NCBI GenBank assembly: GCA_038896535.1
Contig: JAWACY010000001.1
Coordinates: 64,001-128,000, forward strand
Length of the DNA: 64,000 bases
Direction: 5' to 3'
From: Candidatus Anstonellales archaeon
GTDB lineage: Archaea; Micrarchaeota; Micrarchaeia; Anstonellales; J096
In this document: one piece after another, positions 18,806-29,395 of the stretch
How positions within the stretch are numbered: the first letter of the stretch is position 1
How the letters are laid out: each line of letters opens with the position of its first letter
Translations under genes and position numbers: made by a program
The notes under the pieces: model-generated
Database searches by the model: none
What the model saw: the letters and a program-made list of their open reading frames with translations, nothing else
What the model was told of the DNA's origin: nothing

Positions 18806-21313
18806 ATGGACTTAATAATTGCATCTCAAATGAGTAGAAAAGAGATAGAATCAAGGCTCAGCACTAACTTGGAAAATGGACTTAGCAGTGAGGAGGCAAA
18901 AAAAAGGCTTGAGCAGTATGGCTACAATATTATAGAAGAGAAAAAGAAAAAAACTTTGATTGATATCGTATCAGCACAATTCAGAAATCATATTTTATGG
19001 TTATTATTGATAGCTGCAATAATAAGTTTATATATAAATCAATATGAGGAGGCAATAGCAATAATAATAGCAATATTGATCTCAATTGCATTTGGTACTT
19101 ATCTAGAATACAAGGCAAATGAAAGCATAGAGCAGTTAAGCAAATATCTTGAGGAGATGTCACTTGTAATAAGGGATAAGAAAATCTATATAATTCCAAA
19201 TTCAGAACTTGTGCCTGGAGATGTGATAATAATAAATGCAGGCCAAAAGGTGCCTGCTGATTGTTATATATTTGAAAGCTCTGACCTTGAATTGAATGAA
19301 GCAGTATTTACTGGCGAATCAAAAGCGATAAAAAAATCGGCCCAAGTATTGAAAGAGCCGGTCCAGATATATAAACTTAAGAACATTTTATTTGCAAATA
19401 CAGAAGTATTGAGAGGAACAGCAAAGGCAGTTGTAATAAAAACAGGGCATGAAACAGAGATTGGTAAAATAGCTGAGAAGTTAAAAGAGATCGAGCAAGA
19501 GACAACCGGCCTTTACAAAGACATGGAAAAGATATCAAAAAATATATCTATTATTGGCGCAATTCTGGTCATTTTAATATTAACAATGGGCTTCATAAAG
19601 GGCCTTGATATAAATACAATATTTATATTTGCACTAACCCTTGCTGTGGCAGTTGTGCCAGAAGGGCTAACTACTGTATTAACCATCATACTTGGACTTA
19701 ATGTAAAGAAAATGGGTGAAAACAATGCACTGATAAGAAGGCTTTCTGCAATTGACAATATAGGGAGGATAAATGTAATAGCTACAGACAAAACAGGAAC
19801 ATTGACAAGGGGCAAGATGACTCTCATGCATATCTATTATGATAATGTACTTTATGATAGCATAGAAAAAAACAAAGAAAAGCTAAAAGAATTTTTACAA
19901 CTTGCTTATAATGCAACAGAAAGCAAGATAACTGACAAGGGTATTGTTGGGGATGAAATAGATACTGCAATAACTGAGGTTGCTGTTGCTCTTCAAATAA
20001 AAAGGCAAAAACCAGACAGCTTATCCCCTTTTTCTTCTGAAAAAAAGTATATGAGCGTGAAAATAGGTAATAAAGAAATCATAAAAGGAGCATCTGATGT
20101 TGTTATGAAAATGGCGTCACATATATTGATAAATGGGAAAACAGAAAGGATTAATAGAAAAATAAAGGAGCAAATAAAGGAAATAATAATAAATGAAGAA
20201 AAAAATGCCATGAAAACCATAGCTCTTGCAAAAAGAGAAAATGGCATAACTTCAATTATTGGCTTCATGTTTTTTTCTGACCCCCCAAAAGAAGAAGCAA
20301 AAAAAACAGTTGAATGGTTAAAAAATAATAATATAAGGGTTGTAATGCTTACAGGGGATGATATACAAACAGCAGAGGCCATAGCAAGGCAGATAGGTAT
20401 AGATGGAAAAGCTGTTTTATGGCAAAACATTGAAAGCTTAGATGAAAATGAGTTGTTATCTATTTTGAATGAATACACAATAATAGCAAGAAGCACGCCA
20501 ACAGCAAAACTAAAAATTGTCGAAGCGCTTATTAAAAAGAATGTTGTTTGTACAATAGGCGATGGCATTAATGATGCCCTTGCATTAAAAAAATCTCATA
20601 TTAGCGTTGTCATGGGAAAAATGGGCGCAACAGTTAGCAAAGAAATTGCAGATATTGTACTAATAGATGATAATATAGAAACACTCACAAAGGCAATAAA
20701 CCTTGGCAAGAATACAATAGTAAATATAAATAACTTCTTAAGGTTTCAATTAACAGCAAATGGCACAGCAATAGTGATGACAATACTGAATTTCCTCATA
20801 AACCCAATAAAATCTTTAATACTTACCCCATTACAAATATTATGGATAAATATCATTCTTGATGGGCCACCAGCTTTAGCCCAAGGGTTTGAAGAAAAAA
20901 GAGACATTAAAAGTATTGGCATATTAGATAAAAATACTATAAATATCATTTTTGCAAATGCATTATTTATGGGTATTTTGTGCTTCATTGTTTTTATGCT
21001 TAACCAGAATGATTATACAAAAGCATTAACATATGCATTTACATTATTTGTATTTTTTCAGATATGGAATGCACTAAATTCCAGATCAATTGACAGGCCT
21101 TTTTATGAAGGTGTTGCTAAAAATAAAGTTATGCTCCTGTCTCTAACATTCATTGTCATAATGCAAAGCTTTCTATTAAGCAATGAGACAACTTTAAAAC
21201 TCTTTGATATTGAGCCATTAAACATAAGTGAATTAGGCTTTCTATTTTTATTATCTTTTTCTATAGTGATATTTGAAGAAACAAGAAAAAGGTTGGGCAT
21301 ATGGACTGGCTAG
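18806..21313 (+). CDS. P-type (P2A-like, probably Ca2+) cation-transporting ATPase
   Basis: TGES, PEGL, DKTGTLT, TGD, GDGIND, QILWIN..LDG. Confidence 0.92.
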   Translation: MDLIIASQMSRKEIESRLSTNLENGLSSEEAKKRLEQYGYNIIEEKKKKTLIDIVSAQFRNHILWLLLIAAIISLYINQYEEAIAIIIAILISIAFGTYLEYKANESIEQLSKYLEEMSLVIRDKKIYIIPNSELVPGDVIIINAGQKVPADCYIFESSDLELNEAVFTGESKAIKKSAQVLKEPVQIYKLKNILFANTEVLRGTAKAVVIKTGHETEIGKIAEKLKEIEQETTGLYKDMEKISKNISIIGAILVILILTMGFIKGLDINTIFIFALTLAVAVVPEGLTTVLTIILGLNVKKMGENNALIRRLSAIDNIGRINVIATDKTGTLTRGKMTLMHIYYDNVLYDSIEKNKEKLKEFLQLAYNATESKITDKGIVGDEIDTAITEVAVALQIKRQKPDSLSPFSSEKKYMSVKIGNKEIIKGASDVVMKMASHILINGKTERINRKIKEQIKEIIINEEKNAMKTIALAKRENGITSIIGFMFFSDPPKEEAKKTVEWLKNNNIRVVMLTGDDIQTAEAIARQIGIDGKAVLWQNIESLDENELLSILNEYTIIARSTPTAKLKIVEALIKKNVVCTIGDGINDALALKKSHISVVMGKMGATVSKEIADIVLIDDNIETLTKAINLGKNTIVNINNFLRFQLTANGTAIVMTILNFLINPIKSLILTPLQILWINIILDGPPALAQGFEEKRDIKSIGILDKNTINIIFANALFMGILCFIVFMLNQNDYTKALTYAFTLFVFFQIWNALNSRSIDRPFYEGVAKNKVMLLSLTFIVIMQSFLLSNETTLKLFDIEPLNISELGFLFLLSFSIVIFEETRKRLGIWTG

Positions 21314-21840
21314 TTTTTCCAAACGTTTATCCGCCATCAGAGGATACATTCATGTTATATGAAGAGCTTAAAAAAGAAAGAGGAAAAATGCTTGAAATTG
21401 GTACTGGTTCTGGTTATATAGCAATAAACTACGCAAAAAAAGGCTATGCAGTGGATGCTTGCGACATAGATAAAATAGCGATAGAAAATGCAAAGAAAAA
21501 TGCAGAAATGAATAATGTTAAAAATGTTCATTTTTTTATCTCTAATGTTTTCTCAAATGTTAATGATAAATATGATATAATTGCTTTTAATCCGCCATAT
21601 TTAGAAAAAGAATTGAATAATAGCTGGATTAGTGTAGAGGATAATGGAGCAATAGAAGAATTTATTAACAACGTTAGGAGTTATCTTAATAAGGGGGGGA
21701 GAGCTTATATAATATTATCGACTGAGAACAATAAGTTTGAGTATTATAAAAAAATGCTTTTAGATTGGGAGGTTATAAATAAAAAAACTTTTTTCTTTGA
21801 AGATATTTTTCTTTACAGGTTAAAAAAGCAAAATTTTTAA
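21301..21840 (+). CDS. HemK2/Mtq2-like protein methyltransferase
   Basis: VYPPSEDT, EIGTGSG, FNPPY, FFE near the C-terminus. Confidence 0.88.
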   Translation: MDWLVFPNVYPPSEDTFMLYEELKKERGKMLEIGTGSGYIAINYAKKGYAVDACDIDKIAIENAKKNAEMNNVKNVHFFISNVFSNVNDKYDIIAFNPPYLEKELNNSWISVEDNGAIEEFINNVRSYLNKGGRAYIILSTENNKFEYYKKMLLDWEVINKKTFFFEDIFLYRLKKQNF

Positions 21841-21879
21841 ATAGATTGATTTAAATAACATAAAAAAAGAGGTGTAAAT

Positions 21880-22245
21880 ATGGGCATACTAGATAAAATT
21901 TTTGGAGGCCAACCAAAAGTTGAAGCCTTGGAAAATATAGATGAAGTTATAGAGGAAGAAGAAGTAGATGCAGTAACGCCACCAGCAAAGATGTATGTAA
22001 AGAAAATTCCTTTAAGGAATGAAGGCGATGCAGACCTTGCTGTGAAAGAACTGGGGGCAGGAAATATAGTGATAATAGATACAACCCCAATAATAAAACA
22101 ACCAAACAGATTAAAAACACTTATAGACAAAATAAAAACAAATGCACAAAAGAATAATGGGGATGTTGCTGCACTTGTACCCTCGCATGAATTAATACTT
22201 GTAACGCCTTCTGGAGTAAGAATAGTTAAGGCAAAGAAAGGTTAA
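21880..22245 (+). CDS. sepF: Archaeal cell-division protein SepF (DUF552)
   Basis: Amphipathic N-terminus MGILDKIFG, GNIVIID, GDVA, LVTPSGVRI; GAGGTG RBS. Confidence 0.85.
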   Translation: MGILDKIFGGQPKVEALENIDEVIEEEEVDAVTPPAKMYVKKIPLRNEGDADLAVKELGAGNIVIIDTTPIIKQPNRLKTLIDKIKTNAQKNNGDVAALVPSHELILVTPSGVRIVKAKKG

Positions 22246-22247
22246 TT

Positions 22248-22415
22248 ATGGGGCTTCAAAAGAAGATTTCTTTACCGACCCCACAGGCAGGCATACTCGG
22301 TATAAGCCAAAAACAGGAAGAAGAAAGTATATTTCTTATAGACCCGAAGGCATTTGTTATTGCCTGCCTTGTTTTGGTATTAATAATAAAAGCTTTGCAT
22401 TTGGTGTTGGGCTAG
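22248..22415 (+). CDS. secG: Preprotein translocase subunit Sec61beta (55 aa; absent from the ORF track)
   Basis: Manual translation MGLQKKISLPTPQAGILGISQKQEEESIFLIDPKAFVIACLVLVLIIKALHLVLG*: P..AG.. and IDP motifs then one TM helix. Confidence 0.85.
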   Translation: MGLQKKISLPTPQAGILGISQKQEEESIFLIDPKAFVIACLVLVLIIKALHLVLG

Positions 22416-23155
22416 TGGCAGTTGATGTACATTGTCATCTGCAAGACCTTGATGAAAGTTATGTGGAGCGGTTATCAAGGCAAAGGACAGTGTTCCCCAT
22501 AATTGCTGGTTATTCGGAATCATCTAACAAAAAGGCTTTTGAGCTCAGTAAAAAATATGGGTTTCCTTTCTATGCCGGCATTGCCCCGCAAGTTGCTATA
22601 AAAGAAACTTTCTCAATGGCAAAGATAAAAAAGCTCCTTGAGTATGCTGTTGCATTGGGCGAGATAGGGCTTGATTACAAGTGGGCAAAGAATGAGCAAG
22701 ACAAAAAAAGGCAGAAGGATGTTTTCATAAAACTTCTTGACCTCGCCCATACCCTTGATCTGCCGGTAGTGATACACTGCAGAAATGCATATAATGAACT
22801 GATAGATTTATTAAAAGAATATGGCAACAAGATGCCTCTGATGATGCACTCTTTTTTTGGCACTACATTACATGCAACATTGCTGCTTGAATGGAATGTT
22901 TTGTTTTCCATAAATACTGTGAAAACAAAGGATAAAAAATCTGTTATAGCAAGATTGCCAATGAAATTTTTTGTAACTGAAACGGATTGCCCATACATAG
23001 ATAAAAATCCAGAAATGATTTACAAATCATTAAGCCTTATATCAGAAACAAAAGGATTAAAAGATTTGGAAGTAGAAAAAGAAACAACAAAAAATGCAAT
23101 TTCATTTTTTAATCTAAAAAATAATGATATATACAAATACAGGATAAGTCTTTAA
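22415..23155 (+). CDS. tatD: TatD-family hydrolase
   Basis: DVHCHL, GEIGLD, IHCR, HSF, ETDCP. Confidence 0.92.
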   Translation: MAVDVHCHLQDLDESYVERLSRQRTVFPIIAGYSESSNKKAFELSKKYGFPFYAGIAPQVAIKETFSMAKIKKLLEYAVALGEIGLDYKWAKNEQDKKRQKDVFIKLLDLAHTLDLPVVIHCRNAYNELIDLLKEYGNKMPLMMHSFFGTTLHATLLLEWNVLFSINTVKTKDKKSVIARLPMKFFVTETDCPYIDKNPEMIYKSLSLISETKGLKDLEVEKETTKNAISFFNLKNNDIYKYRISL

Positions 23156-23255
23156 TATAAATTTTGACTAAATACATTAAATTCTTAATATATTGCTCTT
23201 AATAGATTAAATCATTAATAGATTAAATTTTAAATTGTTTTTATTTATTGTTTTT

Positions 23256-23783
23256 ATGCAAAAACAAGAACTGTCAAACATAAGAAAAGCATTTGAAAAT
23301 GGTGATTTCAGAAAACTCAAAAAATTTCATGATGACCTTGTGAATGAGATAATGCTTAATCCGGATAAAAGCATCGTTGATTTTGCAGTTTATATATACG
23401 CATTAAGCAAACTATTGACAAAGCTGAGATACCAGAAGGAACAGGGGCAAAAGGCAATGAAAATTATAGAATCTGTTTTATTAAAAATAGAGAATGAAGG
23501 AATAAATGAAAAAAATCTTAGAGAACTTGAAGAAAGCATAAAAAACACAGAGTTGCAAGATAAGAGGTTTATTCTTGATATGATACTAAAAGGGAGATTG
23601 AAAACTGCTGCATTATTATATGCTAAAGGCCTTTCATTATCAACAGCTTCTGGCATTACTGGTATAATAAAAGAGGAAATATTATCATATGCTGGAAAAA
23701 CAATGATGTTTGAAAGAATAAAGGATGAGGTAAAGGTGAAAAAAAGGCTTGAAAATGCTAGAAAACTGCTTGGCGGTGGATAG
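23256..23783 (+). CDS. Hypothetical protein with a C-terminal UPF0175-like helix-turn-helix
   Basis: AALLYAKGLSLSTASGITG resembles the UPF0175/COG2886 pattern LY..G.IS...AA.L.G; ATG at 23256. Confidence 0.6.
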   Translation: MQKQELSNIRKAFENGDFRKLKKFHDDLVNEIMLNPDKSIVDFAVYIYALSKLLTKLRYQKEQGQKAMKIIESVLLKIENEGINEKNLRELEESIKNTELQDKRFILDMILKGRLKTAALLYAKGLSLSTASGITGIIKEEILSYAGKTMMFERIKDEVKVKKRLENARKLLGGG

Positions 23784-24467
23784 ATGGAAAGGGCAATTTT
23801 TTGTGATTCCTCATCATTAATATCAATTGGTGAAGCTTGTATGCTAGATGTATTTGAATTTTTTTCATCAAGGGATATTAATTTCCTTATTACAGATATA
23901 ATAGAGAATGAAATAGTAAAAAAACCGCTAAGCATAGAAATGAAGGGTTATCAGCTTTCCGCTCTAAGATTGAAAAGGCTTATAGATAAAAAAATCATAA
24001 ATGTAATAAAAACTGACCAGAAAGAAACAGAAGAATTCCTTTCAATAGTTAATAACATATTTTTTGCTGACGGAAGGGCTATAAGGCTCGTAGATGCCGG
24101 AGAAGCAAACATAATACTAAAAGCAGAAGAGCTCGGTATAAATAATATATTAATGGATGAGAGGACTACAAGGCTTATGATAGAAGCGCCTTTCAAAATA
24201 AGCGAGCATTTCGAGCAAGAATTAAACAAAGAAGTAAAAATAAATGAGAAAAATTTAAAACAGGCCATAAGGGTATTGAATAAATTCAACGTGATAAGAA
24301 GTTGCGAGTTTATATCAATTGCTTATGAAAATGGCTTTTTTTCTAAGTATGGAAAAGATGCAAGAAATTTTTTTGAAGCTGCTTTATATAAATTAAAATA
24401 TAATGGGTGTGCGATAAGTTTTGACGATATAAGTGATATATTAAAGGAGGTAGCAATAAAAGTATGA
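23784..24467 (+). CDS. PIN-domain-like protein (DUF3368/COG2405-related)
   Basis: CDSSSLI, I.NE, GEA, LMDER.TR acidic PIN pattern. Confidence 0.72.
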   Translation: MERAIFCDSSSLISIGEACMLDVFEFFSSRDINFLITDIIENEIVKKPLSIEMKGYQLSALRLKRLIDKKIINVIKTDQKETEEFLSIVNNIFFADGRAIRLVDAGEANIILKAEELGINNILMDERTTRLMIEAPFKISEHFEQELNKEVKINEKNLKQAIRVLNKFNVIRSCEFISIAYENGFFSKYGKDARNFFEAALYKLKYNGCAISFDDISDILKEVAIKV

Positions 24468-25090
24468 ATAAGCAAATGTTATTAATAAATGCCATTATTG
24501 TTGATGCAAGAGAACCAGATTATATAATAAATGAGTTGAAAAAAAAGGCAGATATAGAAATTAAACAAATTCCTCTTGCTGATTATGTTATTAGCAATAC
24601 AGCAATAGAAAGAAAGAGCGCAGAAGATTTTGAAAACTCAATAATTGATGGAAGGCTTTTTAGACAATGCAAAGAATTGAAAGAACATTTTGATAATGTA
24701 ATATTGATATTAGAGGGCTCACAAATAAGGCTTGATAAAAAAATATGGAATGCTGCTATTGCATCAATTGCTATATCTGGCATTACAATAATAAGAGTCA
24801 ATGACTGGCTTGACACAGTCGATATTATAGTTAATATAAAACAAAAACTTGAAAAAGAGGGAGAAGATTTTGTTTATATAGTAAAAGATAAAAAGCCTTT
24901 ATCATTAGATGAACAAAAAATTTTTTTATTGAGTTCAATAAAAGGGATAGGGAAAAAAAGAGCTAAGGCCATAATAGAGAATTTTAAAACACTTAAAAGG
25001 TTAGCAAATGCGGATAAGGAGGAAATAGAGAAATTGCCAGGATTTGGAAGTAAAAGAGCAAAAATACTATTTGATATATTTAATATGTGA
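24464..25090 (+). CDS. xpf: Stand-alone ERCC4/XPF nuclease with tandem HhH domain
   Basis: VDARE, ADY, ERK...DF..SI.DGRL, IKGIG and LPGFG HhH motifs; no helicase domain. Confidence 0.9.
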   Translation: MNKQMLLINAIIVDAREPDYIINELKKKADIEIKQIPLADYVISNTAIERKSAEDFENSIIDGRLFRQCKELKEHFDNVILILEGSQIRLDKKIWNAAIASIAISGITIIRVNDWLDTVDIIVNIKQKLEKEGEDFVYIVKDKKPLSLDEQKIFLLSSIKGIGKKRAKAIIENFKTLKRLANADKEEIEKLPGFGSKRAKILFDIFNM

Positions 25091-25094
25091 TTAA

Positions 25095-26525
25095 ATGGTA
25101 TACAAAGAAGCAAGTGTTAATACAATAAGGACAGTAATAACAATATTGTCATCTTTATTATTTGCTATTATCATATTTAGAACTTTTCAAGCTGAAGAAG
25201 TTGGGACATATTATTTTTGGTTATCAATTACTATTATTGTCTCAATCATATTTAATATTCCATATTCAACATTGCTTTATTTAATACCAAAGGATTTAGA
25301 AAAAAGCAAAAAAATTCTAACAAGCACTGTTATAGTTACTTTTCTATTATCATTTCTTGTTCTGATTTTTATATTTAAAACCCTTGGATTTGAAGATTAT
25401 ATCATATTATCCTTTTTAGGGAGCTTTATTGTTATAACTCAATTAGGTCATGAAATCGTTTTTTCTGCAAAGATGTTAAAGGATTCACTATTATTTACAG
25501 TTATTTCAAACCTATTAAAACTTTTATCATTGCTGCTATTTATTTTCTTCGATATAAAAACTGCGCTCTCATTATTTTTTGCTACTTTTATTTCCGCAGT
25601 CTGCTGGCTAATACCAATAAGAAAAATAATGAAATTAAATGAAATAAATTTTCATTCATTATCTCATGTAATTGAGTTGATCAAAAATAGTAAAGAGGGA
25701 TTTTACTTATATCTAGTTAATATATTGACTTACATTAACATATCTGTTGACACAATATTAGCAGGAATATTTTTAACTGCCTTTGATGTTGGTATATATA
25801 ATATAGCCGGCAATATAATGAGATATGTTATAAATAACATACCATCAAGCATATCATTTTTTATATTTCCCATTCTTTTAAGAAGTAATAAAAAGGGCTT
25901 ACTTGGATTGTCTCTAATAATAGTAAATGTCTTTGTTTTGCCTTTTGTTATTGCAAGCATATACCCATATCCATTTGTAAAATTAATATCTGGAGGATAT
26001 GAAAATCATGCAATGTTATTATTTTATTTCCTTCCTGCAGTAATATGCGCTCCAATATTATACACTCTAATAAGATATGCCCTATCACAAAAAGACTTTT
26101 TTTTTGTTAAATATTTGGCACTTACTGGTATATTAAACATATTACTTAATTACATCGCAATATTGTATGGCTTTGGGATAAATGGACTTGCAATGGCAAC
26201 ATCTATAAGCATAGTTGTTTTTTCTTTTATTTTGGCTTATAAAATGAGGTCAGTTTTGGCTATATCATACAGCATAAAGACCATAATTGCTGGAATAGCA
26301 CTCACATTATTATGCTATATCTTAAGTATTGATATGCCAAAATCTTTTGAAAACGATGCAAAGGCTTTGTTATATGCAGTATTCTTTATTGCTTTGTCCT
26401 TTTTTGTTAATGCCATATTAATCTATATCTTATTTATAAATGAATCAAAGGCATTATTGAGAAACATTTTTATACTTCTTAATAAAATAAAGGATTATGC
26501 AATGCGCAGATTTAGCATTACATGA
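25095..26525 (+). CDS. MOP-superfamily (Wzx-like) oligosaccharide flippase
   Basis: Polytopic membrane protein; D..L....L....VGIY and G..G.A.AT patterns. Confidence 0.75.
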   Translation: MVYKEASVNTIRTVITILSSLLFAIIIFRTFQAEEVGTYYFWLSITIIVSIIFNIPYSTLLYLIPKDLEKSKKILTSTVIVTFLLSFLVLIFIFKTLGFEDYIILSFLGSFIVITQLGHEIVFSAKMLKDSLLFTVISNLLKLLSLLLFIFFDIKTALSLFFATFISAVCWLIPIRKIMKLNEINFHSLSHVIELIKNSKEGFYLYLVNILTYINISVDTILAGIFLTAFDVGIYNIAGNIMRYVINNIPSSISFFIFPILLRSNKKGLLGLSLIIVNVFVLPFVIASIYPYPFVKLISGGYENHAMLLFYFLPAVICAPILYTLIRYALSQKDFFFVKYLALTGILNILLNYIAILYGFGINGLAMATSISIVVFSFILAYKMRSVLAISYSIKTIIAGIALTLLCYILSIDMPKSFENDAKALLYAVFFIALSFFVNAILIYILFINESKALLRNIFILLNKIKDYAMRRFSIT

Positions 26526-27549
26526 TGGAAAAGCACCAAAATGGCTTTTTTTGAGAATGAAAGAACTTGCTGGGGCAATAGCAGAGCTTATAATAGATGA
26601 TTATGGGCCTGGTGAGTTTATAAAAAGGCTTAGCTCACCTTTTTGGTTCCAAGCTTTTGCTTGTTGTTTAGGTTTTGATTGGCATAGCTCTGGCACTACA
26701 ACAACTGCTGTTGCTGCTTTAAGAGAAGGTTACAAAGGGAATGAAATAAAAGTATTTGGTGGGAAGGGAAAAAAGGCAAATGAAATAGAAAGTTTTGGCA
26801 AAGAATATTTTTATAATGACTATAAAAAAATATGCTGCTTAATGCACAAAGGCTTAATAGATGGATACAACATATATTTTTCTTCTATTATAACAACTAG
26901 CGAAGAAACTGGCAAAGAATTTGTAATAATAAACCAAGGAATGAATGATCATTTATTATATGCAAGGAGATATCATTTCCATAGTTCATTTAGATTTTAT
27001 GAAGATCAAGAAAATATAGCTGGGTATGAAGGAAAGGCATTAAATACTATAAGTAGAAAGTCCAATGAATTGAGAAAAACAATGGTTGATATTGTCAATG
27101 ACGGCTTATTACCAAGAATGTTTAAAAAACAATGCAAAATAACAGATTTCTCTGATAAAGGAGAAATTTTAATAATGCCAAAAAGGCATTACATAACAAA
27201 TATCGATTTGAGTGAGAGGGATATTAGAATATTTGAAAAAATAATGGATTACAAGCCAAAAAGTTATGAAGAAATGCTTTTATTTAATGGCATGGGAAGA
27301 AAAAAAATAAGAGCATTGGCATTAATAGCAAACCTTATATATGGAGAAGAAATAGACTGGAAAGATCCTGTAAAATATAGCTTTGCTCATGGAGGAAAGG
27401 ATGGCATTCCATTCCCTGTTGATAAAATGATTTATGACGAGAATATAGAAATCCTTAAAGAGGCAGTAGAAGAAGCAAAGATAAAAGAGGGTATAAAAAT
27501 AAAAGCTCTAAAAAGCCTTGCAAAATTCATTAGTGATGAGCAATGTTAA
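26497..27549 (+). CDS. DUF763 family protein
   Basis: ADL.LH.G.AP.WLF, GFDWHSSG.TT, DP..YSFAHGGKDG.P.PV. Confidence 0.9.
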   Translation: MQCADLALHDGKAPKWLFLRMKELAGAIAELIIDDYGPGEFIKRLSSPFWFQAFACCLGFDWHSSGTTTTAVAALREGYKGNEIKVFGGKGKKANEIESFGKEYFYNDYKKICCLMHKGLIDGYNIYFSSIITTSEETGKEFVIINQGMNDHLLYARRYHFHSSFRFYEDQENIAGYEGKALNTISRKSNELRKTMVDIVNDGLLPRMFKKQCKITDFSDKGEILIMPKRHYITNIDLSERDIRIFEKIMDYKPKSYEEMLLFNGMGRKKIRALALIANLIYGEEIDWKDPVKYSFAHGGKDGIPFPVDKMIYDENIEILKEAVEEAKIKEGIKIKALKSLAKFISDEQC

Positions 27550-28602
27550 TTATCTAGTGATTCTTGCTTGCTCCATCTCTTTTAAGTAATGCTCGTGTTT
27601 CTCAAAATATTTTCTTACTGGTTCTAAGTTCTCTATGAGCCAATCAGCAACATTTGATTTTAGGTCATTTGGATGGATGCTGCCCTTTTCATAAAGCGAC
27701 CTTAATTCTTTTATATTTCCAGTTACATCTCCCCCATATTTTTGTTCTCTTTTAATAGTAAATTCCTGTTCATCGCTTCTTAATATGATCCACTCCAATA
27801 TTTGCCATACTGGATTTTCTTCTGTATTTTTCTCTGGGCAATATGCTTTTGATATTTTTTGCCTTATTACTTCCGGGCTTTCATGGACAAAAAGTGCTGT
27901 TTCTGGCTTACTTTTGCTCATTTTCGTATCCTCTGGGTTCATTCTGTCAAAGCCTTGTAATGAGGGGATTAAATGCGTATGCAAAGCAATGAATGGCCTT
28001 TTATTAATCTTGCTTGCAACATCAAGAGCAAGCATATGTGCTTTTCTCTGATCCATGCCAGCATGTGCTATATCAATATCAAGCTTAAAAATATCAGCTG
28101 CTTGCATTATTGGATATATGACAAAGCTTGATGGCATAACATCGCTCTCTTTCCTGCCCATTATTGTTGTAGCTCTTAAAACTCTTGACAATGTTGCATT
28201 ATTAGCTATTTCCAGGCATGTTTTCCAGTAATCATTATCATATATATCACTTGCTAATATATAGGAAACGCTTTCCTCATCAAGGCCAAGAGATATAAAA
28301 ACATGCTTAAAATAACCCTTGGCAATTTTCCTTATTAAATCTAAATCACCGCCCAGTTTCTTATTTATCCAGCTATGGTAATCTGCTAAAAATATGCATG
28401 GTTTTATGCCTGCTTGCATTAAATCCTTTATTTTCACTGCTGTTGCAAGGCCTGTCCCAATATGAGCAAAGCCAGATATCTCGAAGCCTATATAATGCTT
28501 AATGTTGCTTTTTGTTTCTATTAATTCCCTTAACCTGTGCTCACTAACAATCTCTTCTGTTGGCCTCTTTTTTATCAATTCTATTTTTTCATCAACATCC
28601 AT
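27550..28602 (-). CDS. tyrS: Tyrosyl-tRNA synthetase
   Basis: YIGFEISG..HIG, ADYH, YP.MQAAD, GMDQRK.H, KMSKS. Confidence 0.95.
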   Translation of the reverse strand: MDVDEKIELIKKRPTEEIVSEHRLRELIETKSNIKHYIGFEISGFAHIGTGLATAVKIKDLMQAGIKPCIFLADYHSWINKKLGGDLDLIRKIAKGYFKHVFISLGLDEESVSYILASDIYDNDYWKTCLEIANNATLSRVLRATTIMGRKESDVMPSSFVIYPIMQAADIFKLDIDIAHAGMDQRKAHMLALDVASKINKRPFIALHTHLIPSLQGFDRMNPEDTKMSKSKPETALFVHESPEVIRQKISKAYCPEKNTEENPVWQILEWIILRSDEQEFTIKREQKYGGDVTGNIKELRSLYEKGSIHPNDLKSNVADWLIENLEPVRKYFEKHEHYLKEMEQARITR

Positions 28603-28636
28603 AATAATATTTTATAAAGCATTTTTAAAATTATAC

Positions 28637-29395
28637 ATGAAGACAGATAAAAAACCAAATAAAAAACTTGGGCAACATTTTTTGATTGATAAAAAAGTAA
28701 TTTCCTCAATAGCAAATGAAATAAAAGGAGATATTGCTCTTGAAATTGGCGGCGGGACTGGAAATTTAAGCGCAGAGGTAATAAAAAATGTAAATGTCTT
28801 ATATATCATAGAAAAGGACAAAAAATTAGCCGATTATTTAAAATCAAAAATTCCAAATGCTATTATAATAAATGAGGATTTTTTAAAAATAAAGCCATTT
28901 AACGTTGATGTAATATTTGGTAACCTGCCTTATTATATATCTTCAAAAATTCTGTTTCGATTGTATGATTGGAATTTCTCTTATGCTATATTAATGTTTC
29001 AAAAAGAATTCGTTGAAAAAATGCTTGCAAAGCCAGGCAATAAAAATTTTGGAAGGTTAAGTTTTAATGCACAAAACTGCTATGAGATAGAAAAATTATT
29101 CTGCATAAAGAATACTGCTTTTAGGCCAGTGCCTAAAGTAATGAGTTGCGTAGTAAAAATAAAAAAGATAGAAAAAAGGGTAAAGTGCGATGATAAAATT
29201 ATAATAAGACTTTTCTCGCAAAAAAACAAAAAAATAAAAAATATATTCAAAAATGTTAAATTCGATTCTGATAATGTTAGCAATTTCCTTTCATCAATAG
29301 CAGAGAAAAGGCCATGGCAATTAAGCTTTGAAGAAATAAAAGTTTTGACTGAATATTTAGAAAATTTAGAAAAAAATGGAAAGGCAATTAATTAA
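28637..29395 (+). CDS. rsmA: 16S rRNA dimethyladenosine transferase KsgA/Dim1
   Basis: LGQHFL.D, EIG.G.G, GNLPYYISS, MFQKE, F.P.PKV; real start at ATG 28637. Confidence 0.93.
   Translation: MKTDKKPNKKLGQHFLIDKKVISSIANEIKGDIALEIGGGTGNLSAEVIKNVNVLYIIEKDKKLADYLKSKIPNAIIINEDFLKIKPFNVDVIFGNLPYYISSKILFRLYDWNFSYAILMFQKEFVEKMLAKPGNKNFGRLSFNAQNCYEIEKLFCIKNTAFRPVPKVMSCVVKIKKIEKRVKCDDKIIIRLFSQKNKKIKNIFKNVKFDSDNVSNFLSSIAEKRPWQLSFEEIKVLTEYLENLEKNGKAIN

Noticed and set aside
21301..21840. NPPY protein as a DNA adenine methyltransferase
   Set aside because: Size and the VYPPSEDT and FFE motifs fit the HemK2/Mtq2 protein methyltransferase family.
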